The translations under genes were made by a program, and so were the position numbers. Positions 1-9,099 of a stretch of DNA of 48,100 nucleotides are shown one piece after another. Position 1 is the stretch's first letter. Each line of letters begins with the position of its first letter. The stretch covers positions 1-48,100 of IMG/VR virus record IMGVR_UViG_3300001102_000009; one strand, given 5' to 3'. Under the pieces are notes generated by a model. That model saw only the letters and a program-made list of their open reading frames with translations, was not told the DNA's origin and ran no database searches. The DNA is from a virus.

Positions 1-49
1 AACATTCTTTACCTCACGAAATGCTTTGTTGTTGTTATCGTCTACAGCG
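1..49. repeat. 49-bp terminal direct repeat, identical to 48052..48100 (circular-closure overlap of the contig)
   Basis: Bases 1-49 (aacattctttacctcacgaaatgc...gtctacagcg) recur exactly at 48052-48100. A minus-strand ORF is continuous across the junction. Confidence 0.95.
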
Positions 50-945
50 TTCAATACTGATGCGGTTTCTACACCAAGGTTACCAGTTCCTGGCAGTGGT
101 TGCCCGGCCGGTTGTCCACCTGGAATACCGTCGTATGCACCTGTTGCATTATGATCTAGTTGGAAGTCAATTACTGCCTGCTCAAACTCTGCGTTAAATA
201 CACCGTCGATTGGACCGGTGTAATAACCAAGAATGGTAAGAATGTTTTGTGCGTTGTCAATCTGTGTAATTACTTGGGTTTCGGGTCCGAGGATTCCATT
301 GATTGTACCAACCTCACCATTACGGTTACCAATCTGCATCTGCTGTGTGATTGGCAGGTAGGCGTCTAGTTCTCCTTGTGAATTAAATGATCCGCTTGAG
401 TCTGGTAGCTCTAGTCGGTGTACACGTTTTCCTGATAACACATATAGTCTTCCATCAATCGCCTTCTGAAAGAATGTGTTTTGTTCGTGGTCTTGGTCAG
501 CGGGTAAGCCCTCTAGTACACGGAAACCAGCTCCGAATGGAAAGATTGGCTTCATCCAAATGTCTAGGTTTTGATCTTGCCAAACAAGGTGGTTGTTATA
601 CATTACGGGGAGGGTTGACATCTGAACATCTGAGTCCAGTGTGAAATTAGCATTACCAACTCCAGTAGTCATTGTAAGAAGTTCAACATCTCCATTCTCT
701 TCTACAGAGAAAGATGTGTGCTGATTCATAAACCAATCCTCACCGGTTGTAATGAAGTCTGTTTCAAAGTCAACAATGTGTGCTTCGCCAGTAGATTCCC
801 TTCGTAGTCCACCATGCTGTACAGCTCGTGAAGTAGAGACGTCGAAATTCCAAAGTCGTGCAAACTTTGGTACTTCGTAATTTGTTCTTAACTCTGACGT
901 AATGCCGCCAGAGAAGTTGTCGAATACTTCGGAGCGTCTTTCCAT
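1..945 (-). CDS. Virion structural protein, N-terminal 315 codons of a wrap-around gene (continues 48051..47059, about 645 aa in total), carrying a PG_binding_1-like motif
   Basis: The ATG at 945-943 overlaps the TAA of the upstream gene (TAATG). I checked every codon from 945 to 1 and found no stop, and the frame joins the ORF that is open to 48100. LTILGYYTGPIDGVFNAEFEQAVIDFQ is encoded at about 150-240. The gene is missing from the ORF track because it runs off the window edge. Confidence 0.8.
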   Translation of the reverse strand, partial: MERRSEVFDNFSGGITSELRTNYEVPKFARLWNFDVSTSRAVQHGGLRRESTGEAHIVDFETDFITTGEDWFMNQHTSFSVEENGDVELLTMTTGVGNANFTLDSDVQMSTLPVMYNNHLVWQDQNLDIWMKPIFPFGAGFRVLEGLPADQDHEQNTFFQKAIDGRLYVLSGKRVHRLELPDSSGSFNSQGELDAYLPITQQMQIGNRNGEVGTINGILGPETQVITQIDNAQNILTILGYYTGPIDGVFNAEFEQAVIDFQLDHNATGAYDGIPGGQPAGQPLPGTGNLGVETASVLNAVDDNNNKAFREVKNV

Positions 946-1664
946 TACCTAATTAGTTTATATTCATACTGACGGCTGTACTTTTCTGGGTGCTTCATTG
1001 CACTTTTCATGCCCATCTGTATTACTCTTCCACCTTTTGCAATCCTCTTCTCAAACACTGCAAACTTTTCTGCATATTGTCGTTCAAGGAACTGGAGTGT
1101 GTTTGTATCATTAATGTCTCTATACATCAGCGCCGTCTTTAGTGCAAGTAGGTTGATCGGCACGTCTGGTAGAAGGATCTCATAATTATCGTTGTTCCAG
1201 TCGATTTCTGGTGTGTCTTTTACATATACCTTAACTTCTACTGGGTCATCAATCGGGAATACGTGAATACCCTGTGATGTCTGCATGAAGTATCGCGGGC
1301 AGTCGTAGTTAGTTGCTTCATCTAACTCATCAGTCAATGAGTTTTTACAACTTTCAAGGTGTGCAAGATACTCTGTTTTATTTGTACGTTGCATCTGCGT
1401 AAAGTAGTCGTGACCACTTACTTTTGCTTCAACCCGCTCAATCCACAAGTTGTGTGGAGTAATCTGGAAGTCGTCTGACATGTTGTATGTATAGACGGTG
1501 GGCGTTGCATTTTCTGTTTGTTCCAGGTGGTGGCCCTGAATAGATAGTTCGTATAGATAATCTGCTTCCGGATCTGCAAGGATTGCGATCTTATCATCAG
1601 GAAGATCCCGTGTGTTGGCACGGGTTAGTTCTCTTACGTAATCATAAAATTCTCCTACTTGCAT
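945..1664 (-). CDS. Hypothetical virion protein (head-tail adaptor / tail-tubular-A position, directly after the capsid gene)
   Basis: 239-aa ORF whose stop overlaps the next start. Function is inferred from gene order only. Confidence 0.6.
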   Translation of the reverse strand: MQVGEFYDYVRELTRANTRDLPDDKIAILADPEADYLYELSIQGHHLEQTENATPTVYTYNMSDDFQITPHNLWIERVEAKVSGHDYFTQMQRTNKTEYLAHLESCKNSLTDELDEATNYDCPRYFMQTSQGIHVFPIDDPVEVKVYVKDTPEIDWNNDNYEILLPDVPINLLALKTALMYRDINDTNTLQFLERQYAEKFAVFEKRIAKGGRVIQMGMKSAMKHPEKYSRQYEYKLIR

Positions 1665-1689
1665 ATGGCGATTGTGTTAATTACTCTTT

Positions 1690-1771
1690 ATGGCACTCTC
1701 ACTTGAAAGTGCCATAAGAACAAATAACTGGATGGGGATGGCCCCTGCATTTCTGTGTGCTAAAAAGCACA
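1690..1771 (-). terminator. Cluster of three hairpins in the 139-nt gap after the capsid gene (possible attenuator or RNA-stability element; no clear U-tract)
   Basis: The hairpins are atggcact/agtgccat (1690-1715), gggg-atgg-cccc (1734-1745) and tgtgct-aaaa-agcaca (1756-1771). Confidence 0.3.
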
Positions 1772-1803
1772 ATGTTTCCTAGTTCTGTTCATCGTTAGTT
1801 AAC

Positions 1804-2676
1804 CTATCCGGCAACAACGATACGTTCCTCTTTCTGACTCCAAACGATGAAGTCACCCTGTAGTTCCATCTGTCGAACCATGTTCTTGTTGATGATGAAT
1901 CCTGTTGGTGGGATAACACGATCTTCGTAAATGTCGAAGGTGTTTTTGTCGTAGTAGTAGTTAACTGGCTTTCCAGCGAAGAATACAACTTTAGTTGGGT
2001 CGTCAAGCTGTGCAGCGTCAACGATGTAAAGTGTGATTCCGTCGATAGTCTGGATTTCACCAGTAACGAATACTCGGTCACCAAATGCTGTGATTCGTGA
2101 TGCTCCAAGTTCTGTGAAGAAGTCAGACATCGTTGATGGAATAACAGCAACTAGTGGGTTCTGTACATTAGTCTTACCAATGAACAGGTTGCGTACTGCT
2201 GCAAGTGCTGCCTTAGCTGTAGCTGCGTCAGTAACTGCTGCGATAGTAGTTCCTGCTGCTGCGATAGCTGTAGCCATAGCAACTTTGTCTAGTGCGTAGT
2301 GCAAGTCTAGACGGATACGTCGGTCCATTTCTTCGATAACTCCTTGTACTTCAAGTCGTGAGTAATCCTCAGGACAGTACTCGTAGTTCTCGTAGATTCG
2401 GCTCTGGATAAGCAGAGTTTCTTGTGTAAGATTCCAAGAAGATGTCTTGGCGTATAGACAAGAGATGTGATCTTGAACCGGTGCTCCGACTTTGTCGAAT
2501 ACTGGTTGTTTGATAATCACGTTTTTGTCAGCTGACTGCATGTCTACGAATAGTGACATACCAGTCTTAGACTCCATCTCGATGATGAAAGTCTGTAGCG
2601 TCATGTCCTTGTACAGGTCGATGTCCGCTGCTGTGTTGGCGTTACCGCGGTTTGCGGCTGATAGTGGGAATGGCAT
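1804..2676 (-). CDS. Major capsid protein (putative HK97-fold)
   Basis: 290-aa ORF immediately downstream of an acidic scaffold-like ORF and the portal/terminase block, followed by a hairpin cluster. The call rests on position and size, not on a recognised motif. Confidence 0.6.
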   Translation of the reverse strand: MPFPLSAANRGNANTAADIDLYKDMTLQTFIIEMESKTGMSLFVDMQSADKNVIIKQPVFDKVGAPVQDHISCLYAKTSSWNLTQETLLIQSRIYENYEYCPEDYSRLEVQGVIEEMDRRIRLDLHYALDKVAMATAIAAAGTTIAAVTDAATAKAALAAVRNLFIGKTNVQNPLVAVIPSTMSDFFTELGASRITAFGDRVFVTGEIQTIDGITLYIVDAAQLDDPTKVVFFAGKPVNYYYDKNTFDIYEDRVIPPTGFIINKNMVRQMELQGDFIVWSQKEERIVVAG

Positions 2677-2742
2677 AATAATTTATTGTAATGAATATTG
2701 AAGTAACCTTCGATAAGCACACATTATTAGCATCCACGTGAG

Positions 2743-3321
2743 TTAGAAGCCTTTTGCTGCTTCTTGCTCGGCTTTAATCCCAATGTATTTCTCACGAGAT
2801 TTAGGGTCGTCTTGCAAATCAATTTTTCCTGACTCAACATCTTTAACAAAAGATTCCTTAGATTGGAATGTTTCGATCTCGATTGGAGAGTCGTCAATCA
2901 TATCATCTGATTTAGATAGCTCACGTTTTGCGTTAATGTGTGCTAGAAAACCAGGGTTAGCCGCAACTTCTTCCAGGGTTGTACCGAATGACGTACCAAT
3001 AAATGACTGTCCTTCCTTGATTTCTTCTAGCGAAAATTGCTTAGAAAGGTTTGCAATCACATACTGATCATCAAGCGATGCTGGTTCTGCTGCTGCTGGT
3101 TCTGGGGTGATAACTGGTTCTACAACTGGTTCTGCTGCCGGTTCAGGTTCTACTGGTGTGGGCTTACTTTTGAGCTTGCTCACTAGCTTCTTCTGATCTC
3201 CAAACGCCTTAGCGTTCTTTGCTGCGTACTCTTCCAATTCTTCACGGGTCATCGCTGTTAGATCGACCGGCTGGTCTTCATTTGCGCCGTCTAACACTTC
3301 GACGTTTTCTTCTTTTTCCAT
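2743..3321 (-). CDS. Scaffolding protein (putative)
   Basis: 192 aa, highly acidic and Pro/Ala/Glu-rich (PTPVEPEPAAEPVVEPVITPEPAAAEP), lying between the portal region and the capsid gene. It is preceded by a consensus promoter. Confidence 0.5.
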   Translation of the reverse strand: MEKEENVEVLDGANEDQPVDLTAMTREELEEYAAKNAKAFGDQKKLVSKLKSKPTPVEPEPAAEPVVEPVITPEPAAAEPASLDDQYVIANLSKQFSLEEIKEGQSFIGTSFGTTLEEVAANPGFLAHINAKRELSKSDDMIDDSPIEIETFQSKESFVKDVESGKIDLQDDPKSREKYIGIKAEQEAAKGF

Positions 3322-3372
3322 AACTTAAACTTATTTAAAGAGGATCTTTCCCTCTTGTTATTTATTAATTGA

Positions 3373-3401
3373 ATACTAACACATTTATGACTGTTTGTCA
3401 A
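3373..3401 (-). promoter_or_regulatory. Sigma70-like promoter, cacacTTGACA-N17-TAGTAT, upstream of scaffold and capsid
   Basis: On the minus strand the -35 TTGACA is at 3401..3396 and the -10 TAGTAT at 3378..3373, with a 17-nt spacer. Confidence 0.55.
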
Positions 3402-3852
3402 GTGTGTTTTGCTCATGTGGCATCGAAACTTGGATACCGATTCCTTCTGGGGTTGTAACCATGGCCGATGGTCGTTTAACTTCTAGGCTGGGGTTGTTCT
3501 CCACACCAGCTGCAACCGCCATTCCCTGTGTTTTTAGATCAGGTAGTGGTGCGGCCAATGGTTGTTGTGCTGCTTGTGGCTTCGTTGCGTTTAGTGCTGT
3601 TTGTGCTGCTTTTTGTGCAGGTGTGGTTCGTACTGGACAAACTCCACCCGGACATTCAGGGGACACGATCTCAACCGCATCTTTCAGCTTTCTTACCTTG
3701 ATATAGATAAGACCTTCTGATGCCCGTTCCCTTAGGATTTGTGACTTAAATTCTGTCTCATTTTGTGTCTTTAGAACAGGAACTGTATCAACCAGCCTGT
3801 GGTCAACATAAATGTCTAATAGTCGGTTTGTTTCTGTTGTTCGTGGTTGCAT
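3385..3852 (-). CDS. Hypothetical protein
   Basis: 155-aa ORF packed tightly in the head module. Confidence 0.55.
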   Translation of the reverse strand: MQPRTTETNRLLDIYVDHRLVDTVPVLKTQNETEFKSQILRERASEGLIYIKVRKLKDAVEIVSPECPGGVCPVRTTPAQKAAQTALNATKPQAAQQPLAAPLPDLKTQGMAVAAGVENNPSLEVKRPSAMVTTPEGIGIQVSMPHEQNTLDKQS

Positions 3853-3853
3853 A

Positions 3854-4180
3854 CTACTTAGGTGTCTTAGGTTTCGCCTCGTCCTTCTCTGGTTTTGGCG
3901 GGTTGATAAGCTGGTTGAATCGCATACGGATCAGTGTTTGTGAGAACTGACGCGCATAACGATCAAGTGAGTACATCTCGATTGATGAGTTTGTCAGACT
4001 TGGGCCATCCGCACCGAATGGCGTTAGTGACTCAACTCCGTTTTCCATTGTGATTTGTACGTCATCGTCAACATTGAAGAAGTCGTATAGTGCTCGAATA
4101 TCGTTGATATCGAGTTTAGACTTTATTACTTCGATGGCGTTATCACGCTTTGATTTAACTTCATCTTTGTATTGTTTCAT
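3854..4180 (-). CDS. Hypothetical protein
   Basis: 108-aa ORF separated from each neighbour by 1 nt. Confidence 0.55.
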   Translation of the reverse strand: MKQYKDEVKSKRDNAIEVIKSKLDINDIRALYDFFNVDDDVQITMENGVESLTPFGADGPSLTNSSIEMYSLDRYARQFSQTLIRMRFNQLINPPKPEKDEAKPKTPK

Positions 4181-4181
4181 A

Positions 4182-4409
4182 TTATTCTACATTTACCCAA
4201 TCTTCTGATAACATATCTGTTTGAGAAGCTAACCAGGGAACCAACTTACCGTCAACTGGTGACATGTAAATATAAGGCTGTTGCATTTTAGAATGTTCGT
4301 CGGGCACCTGCACCTCCAAATACATTCCTTGTCCATTCCAGCCCTCTCGAGCAACTCTTTCTCCTTGCTTCAATTTAATTAAAGCTACTTCAAATCCATA
4401 TTTCTCCAT
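4182..4409 (-). CDS. DUF2829-family protein (the family that contains the Thoeris anti-defence protein Tad2)
   Basis: 75 aa. The N-terminal FEVALIKLKQGERVAREGWNGQGMYL and C-terminal LVPWLASQTDMLSEDW match the DUF2829 pattern as I remember it (ALxxLKxGKKVARxGWNGKGM ... PWxxSQxDLLAEDW). Confidence 0.7.
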   Translation of the reverse strand: MEKYGFEVALIKLKQGERVAREGWNGQGMYLEVQVPDEHSKMQQPYIYMSPVDGKLVPWLASQTDMLSEDWVNVE

Positions 4410-4453
4410 AATTCATTTATTTTATTACACATGACATCCCTTCATGCCCTACA

Positions 4454-4482
4454 ACAATACCATTAAACTAATATGTTGTCAA
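4454..4482 (-). promoter_or_regulatory. Sigma70-like promoter, cacacTTGACA-N17-TATTGT, upstream of the DUF2829 gene
   Basis: The -35 is at 4482..4477 and the -10 at 4459..4454 on the minus strand. Confidence 0.5.
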
Positions 4483-4489
4483 GTGTGTT

Positions 4490-6274
4490 TTATTGTTGAC
4501 CAAGCCCATTAGTGTCAAGACCTTCGTTTGCAGCTACTTCTGGTCCTGTAGGAGTGGCTGCGATCTGACTTGATTGGTTTGACTTGATTGTAATGTTGCT
4601 AGCAGAAGCAATGTCTGTCAACTCCATAATCTCTAGCTGAATATCATTCAGACTAAAATCTGGGTATGCTTCCGGGTTTTGTGACACCACATCTCGTGTT
4701 CGCTCAAGGTAAGCAAGTCGGTTGGTAATAACACTATCATTCTCTGTATAAGAGATTCGTGATTTGTCAATGATATATGCTCGGTCAATCTCATCATCCT
4801 CAAATTCAATTGTGTATTTTGTATCACCGTCTTTCTTGAAGATAAACTCTGTTGCTTCACCAAGTCCGTCAATAAATACAAAGTCTTCATCTTCTTGTCG
4901 CTGTAGTTCGATATCTGCTTTCTTGCGTGCAACAAACTTTCGGAATCCACGTTGTTCGTATGGAGTGAGTAGTTTTTCAATATCTTTACCAGACTCGATG
5001 TAGTCAATAATCATGTCAAGGTATCCTCCACTTTTCTTAAATAGAGGTCGTCCAAGGTGGAACATCTTATCTCGAATAGATGAGTAAACACCGTCAGCTT
5101 CTTTCCCCGCTGCCTGAATAGCAGCGAATGAGGTGTTTGACTTAGGCCCCCGTCCGAGAGATGAGTCCTGGATTGCGGCTGACTCACGCCCCATAGAAAC
5201 GATGGTGTCCATGAAAGATGACATCGCAGCAAATCCTTGTGGGGAAGTTTGTACCTGTGTAATTGGCGAGTCTGATTCGTGGTTAATCAGAGTCAAGTTA
5301 TCAATCTCTTGTAGATCTTGTCCATCTAGTTCAGTGTCTGCGGTTTGGTAGATAACTTTAGATGTTGCTTCCACGTGCTCAAGCGTCATATTACCAAGTT
5401 TGTTGGTCATAATCTGTGATTCAAGCATGGCTTCCATTGGCCCATATCCCATAGTTCTTCCAAACATTGGGTTGAGCACCTCAATGTGGTAAGTCACGTT
5501 TGATGTGCGTCCTGTATAAAGAACAAATCGGTCAAGCTCTTCTGTTTCCATAAGGATAAACATTCCGTTGGTTGTCCCCTTTTCGTCCAGGCCAAACATT
5601 TTCTTTGGCATTTGTCCGTGCACCTCGTACAACTTTACATTGACACGTGCCGGATCGTAGTCCTCTTCGCTGCGTGCATATAGATAGTTGTTGATGCGTG
5701 TGATTGTTTCAGTCTCAAACCTTGGGTCTAGTGCAACCTTTTGCAGGGTGGAAGACTTAACTTCACCCGCGGGTAGATCCCGACCGTTAACGGGGTCACA
5801 TAAGAATGTTTCCCATGGCACAACTTTTACAATGTTATTACCCTTGCGGTGAACTGTCTTTGTTACGGCTGTACCAAACTTGGAGAATGAATCAGTCTTG
5901 TCAATTTGCTTCTGCTCCATATCATAATCATCAGTAAACTCAGCCTTTGCTGCCTTCATCAGGTAGTTAAATGCCTTATCTTCGATTTCAATGTTCTGTT
6001 CGGCAAAACTGATATGTGTCTTGCGTTCAAATGTCTCCTTAACCTTACGCATCTCGTTGAAAAAGCGTGTTTCAGAACTCTGTGATTCTGTGTATGTAGA
6101 CATCAAATAGGCGACAATCATTGTTACGATTGTGCCTTGGTTAAATTGGATCCCGTTGACAGTGGTGATTGTACTATTATATCGTTCAATCATGTTTGTA
6201 AACATGTCGATGACATAGAAGTCGTTTGGCCCGTATGTCCAGGGAATTGGTGTTCGTCCGGCTTCACTAAGCAT
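4490..6274 (-). CDS. Portal protein (putative)
   Basis: 594-aa ORF overlapping the 3' end of the large terminase gene by 8 nt. Size and position are typical of a portal. Confidence 0.65.
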   Translation of the reverse strand: MLSEAGRTPIPWTYGPNDFYVIDMFTNMIERYNSTITTVNGIQFNQGTIVTMIVAYLMSTYTESQSSETRFFNEMRKVKETFERKTHISFAEQNIEIEDKAFNYLMKAAKAEFTDDYDMEQKQIDKTDSFSKFGTAVTKTVHRKGNNIVKVVPWETFLCDPVNGRDLPAGEVKSSTLQKVALDPRFETETITRINNYLYARSEEDYDPARVNVKLYEVHGQMPKKMFGLDEKGTTNGMFILMETEELDRFVLYTGRTSNVTYHIEVLNPMFGRTMGYGPMEAMLESQIMTNKLGNMTLEHVEATSKVIYQTADTELDGQDLQEIDNLTLINHESDSPITQVQTSPQGFAAMSSFMDTIVSMGRESAAIQDSSLGRGPKSNTSFAAIQAAGKEADGVYSSIRDKMFHLGRPLFKKSGGYLDMIIDYIESGKDIEKLLTPYEQRGFRKFVARKKADIELQRQEDEDFVFIDGLGEATEFIFKKDGDTKYTIEFEDDEIDRAYIIDKSRISYTENDSVITNRLAYLERTRDVVSQNPEAYPDFSLNDIQLEIMELTDIASASNITIKSNQSSQIAATPTGPEVAANEGLDTNGLGQQ

Positions 6275-7832
6275 AATTATTTCTTATTCGTTTCTTTGTT
6301 GTAAATTTTCTTTCTTCTAGTGGTTTCGCTTTAATTATGCCGCGATCCAAGAGATATGGGTACATCAACATGATAAACAAGTCGCTTGTATCAGGTGATC
6401 GTTTTATGTTTGACCTTATGTCAATCTTTTTCGTTACTTCCATCGGTCTATCTGTTCCGAGGTTTACGTGTTCGTAAATAAGTAACTCCTGTTTTAGATA
6501 GTCTTTTAGTAGTTCGTTGTCAATGTTCGCACCAACCTTTCTGTCGTTTACTAGTTCAGATAATAGGTGTACACATTGGTCCTTAAGTGTTCGGTAGGTT
6601 GATTCTAGGCGGGTTGACATTCTGTTCTTCTTTTTCTTTGGATCCAACACCTTACCTGTTTCGTGCTTGACCGGTGAGTAGTGTGCCTTGAACCCAAGAC
6701 ATCCGTCCAGCCTTGAATCACTGGCCACATATGAACCAGAACCGTTGGCATCCACGACAATGTTTTCCATTGGGATAACACGATCAGCCTTCTCCTTCAA
6801 TATCTTCTTAATGAGATCATCTGAGTGCTTGTACTCAAAGTCTTCAATCCCTACACAGTGTGTACCAACGAAGTAACCGATGGTGGTCATGTCGTTCTGA
6901 CTTTCCACACCAGCATCGGCGACGTCGATAATCATGTATCTATCTGCCAAAAGTGTGGATTGTTCTGGTGGGATTTTAATATTAACCATTTCTTGTACTG
7001 CATCTGAGTCAAAGAGTGCCTTATCTGATGCGTTAAACTCAAATGATCCAAACAAGAGACGCTCTCGTGTAACTCGGTTACGCAGCTGCTTGAGGGATTT
7101 GACATATTGTGAATCTTTAGAATAGTTATCCCATGCGTAGGCACGGACAAATCTTGATGTGGTTTGTTTCTTGTTTTTGTATGGAAGCCAGAATTGTGAG
7201 TAGACATGGTTTTGGCTTGGGTTGAATGTCTGTAATATCTTGGTGGGTATAATAACTTTGTTGTAACCACCCTTGATTTCCCAATCTGGGTTTTCTTTCT
7301 TTTCCTCGTCAGTCATGTCCTTGTCCTTCACAAAGACTTCATTGTTGAATCGTCCGTTACGTGAGGTAAAGGTGTCAATGATACGACTGTCTACTGCGTT
7401 GGATTCGTCGATCCATGAACAGGTGAAGAGATATCCACCAAGCCATAGGTTGTTTGGGTCGGCTGGCTTATAAGTGAGTCCGAAAAGTTCAATCTCTGAG
7501 TTATTATTGAGGATGGTAAACGTGTGCCGTTTAACATTATATGAATAGTCCTTATCTTGCTCCATGCCAAGCATTTGGAACACTTCGATTAATGAGTGAT
7601 AGATCGAGTCCTCAGCCTTTTTAATGTCGTATGCACAACACGCATATCTAGTCTTGGGGTGGGTACGGGCCATGTGGATGATCCATGCGGCACCAAGGAT
7701 TGACTTACCGCCACCGGCGGATCCACCATATCCGATATCACGAATAGCAGCATACTTTGGGTTATTCAAATACTCCCAAGCAATCTTCTGCTTAGGTCTG
7801 AGTTCAATGATCTTTTCCTTAGGCTTGCTCAT
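6267..7832 (-). CDS. terL: Terminase large subunit
   Basis: It has a Walker A motif (GYGGSAGGGKS) and a Walker-B-like WIDESN. It is 521 aa and adjacent to the portal. Confidence 0.85.
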   Translation of the reverse strand: MSKPKEKIIELRPKQKIAWEYLNNPKYAAIRDIGYGGSAGGGKSILGAAWIIHMARTHPKTRYACCAYDIKKAEDSIYHSLIEVFQMLGMEQDKDYSYNVKRHTFTILNNNSEIELFGLTYKPADPNNLWLGGYLFTCSWIDESNAVDSRIIDTFTSRNGRFNNEVFVKDKDMTDEEKKENPDWEIKGGYNKVIIPTKILQTFNPSQNHVYSQFWLPYKNKKQTTSRFVRAYAWDNYSKDSQYVKSLKQLRNRVTRERLLFGSFEFNASDKALFDSDAVQEMVNIKIPPEQSTLLADRYMIIDVADAGVESQNDMTTIGYFVGTHCVGIEDFEYKHSDDLIKKILKEKADRVIPMENIVVDANGSGSYVASDSRLDGCLGFKAHYSPVKHETGKVLDPKKKKNRMSTRLESTYRTLKDQCVHLLSELVNDRKVGANIDNELLKDYLKQELLIYEHVNLGTDRPMEVTKKIDIRSNIKRSPDTSDLFIMLMYPYLLDRGIIKAKPLEERKFTTKKRIRNNYA

Positions 7833-8382
7833 CGCCCATGATTTCGTTAATGGTATTCATTGCCTCGTCGTCTTGCGCCATCAGGATTTGTTCCATTTGG
7901 TCTAAGCCTGACTCCTCATCATATTCAAAGTCATCACCCAAGATCTCACCAGAGATCTGGTCAAGATCAGTTATAACTTCAAATACCCCGGTAGTCGGGT
8001 TCTTTTCTGTTTCAATCATGTCAGGGTCCATCCACTTTGGATCGTATCTTTTTTCGTAGTGACGAGTCTTGTTAAGTAGGTAGCGAGTCATTTCGGCGTC
8101 ACCCCTCTTAACAGCATTAGATACGTTAACCAGCGCCTGGATCTTATCCTCTCCACCCAAACATGCTTCTACCTGAATCTTAAACTCGGGGTCATTCTTT
8201 ACATAGTTGTAGAATGTTTGTTCTGTGACATTTGCCATAGACGCGGCCCCCTTCTTGGTGACACCTTTTGCAAGGAAACCTAGGATAATTGACTTATTGA
8301 ATTTAACCTTTTGTTCCTGATTTTCATGATCACCGTCTTTAACAGACATCTTCTTTATTGCCGGTGTAGTTTCTTCACTCAT
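7819..8382 (-). CDS. Terminase small subunit (putative, HTH-containing)
   Basis: 187 aa, overlapping the terL start by 14 nt. It has an HTH-like segment (GVTKKGAASMANVTEQTFYNYVKNDPEF) and an acidic C-terminus. Confidence 0.5.
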   Translation of the reverse strand: MSEETTPAIKKMSVKDGDHENQEQKVKFNKSIILGFLAKGVTKKGAASMANVTEQTFYNYVKNDPEFKIQVEACLGGEDKIQALVNVSNAVKRGDAEMTRYLLNKTRHYEKRYDPKWMDPDMIETEKNPTTGVFEVITDLDQISGEILGDDFEYDEESGLDQMEQILMAQDDEAMNTINEIMGDEQA

Positions 8383-8383
8383 A

Positions 8384-8629
8384 CTATGGTAGGTTATTTA
8401 TCTGGTCTTGTAAATCATCTATCTGAGTTTGTTGAGCACTAGTTATGGTAGTTAACGTTATTACTGATTGTAGTAGTGTTTGAATCTGACCAGCGACATC
8501 ATCTTGGTATCGTTTGAAGGTGGTGTCAAATATATCTTTACACTTCTCAAGTGCTGCCACTCGTTTTTCTATCATTCCGTCTCCACGACGAACATCGCCG
8601 AGTTTACGTGGTGTTATTACTTGATTCAT
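8384..8629 (-). CDS. Hypothetical coiled-coil protein
   Basis: 81-aa ORF, tightly packed. Confidence 0.5.
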   Translation of the reverse strand: MNQVITPRKLGDVRRGDGMIEKRVAALEKCKDIFDTTFKRYQDDVAGQIQTLLQSVITLTTITSAQQTQIDDLQDQINNLP

Positions 8630-8631
8630 AT

Positions 8632-9099
8632 CTAATCAATTACATACTCATAAGGTTCTTCAATGTGGGTGATCTCAATCTCTATTCGTGGATCAGATCG
8701 TTGCAGGTAGAACTCTGATTCTGTCTTGTAGACGTATTTGTCGTTGTCAATCAGTCCCGCCTCTTCTATTCCGTCGAGTGCCATCTTTTCCATTGCGGAT
8801 CGTATGTTGTGCCCATCCGTTCCAAGTCGTCCGGCATAAACACGGTACTTAACATTGAATCCATGTCCGTGGTTGGGATCCCATCCAGGATTTTCTGATA
8901 GGATTCGTTCCTTACTATCGACAATTCGTTCATGTATTAGTTTCTTAATCTGGGCTACCCCTGTGGTGTGTTTACCACCTCTTTTAAAAACGTTAGATGC
9001 TGTCGTATACCAATTCAGACCCAGCAGTGCATCCTTACGGGTGCGGGGCATGTAGTCCTTTTTGTATATAGGCATTGTTATCTTGAGACAGTTTGACAT
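8632..9099 (-). CDS. RusA-like endodeoxyribonuclease (possible Holliday-junction resolvase)
   Basis: TDGHNIRSAMEKMALDGIEEAGLIDNDKYV resembles the RusA core [27 protein letters not shown]. The second catalytic Asp position is His here, so the assignment is tentative. Confidence 0.4.
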   Translation of the reverse strand: MSNCLKITMPIYKKDYMPRTRKDALLGLNWYTTASNVFKRGGKHTTGVAQIKKLIHERIVDSKERILSENPGWDPNHGHGFNVKYRVYAGRLGTDGHNIRSAMEKMALDGIEEAGLIDNDKYVYKTESEFYLQRSDPRIEIEITHIEEPYEYVID

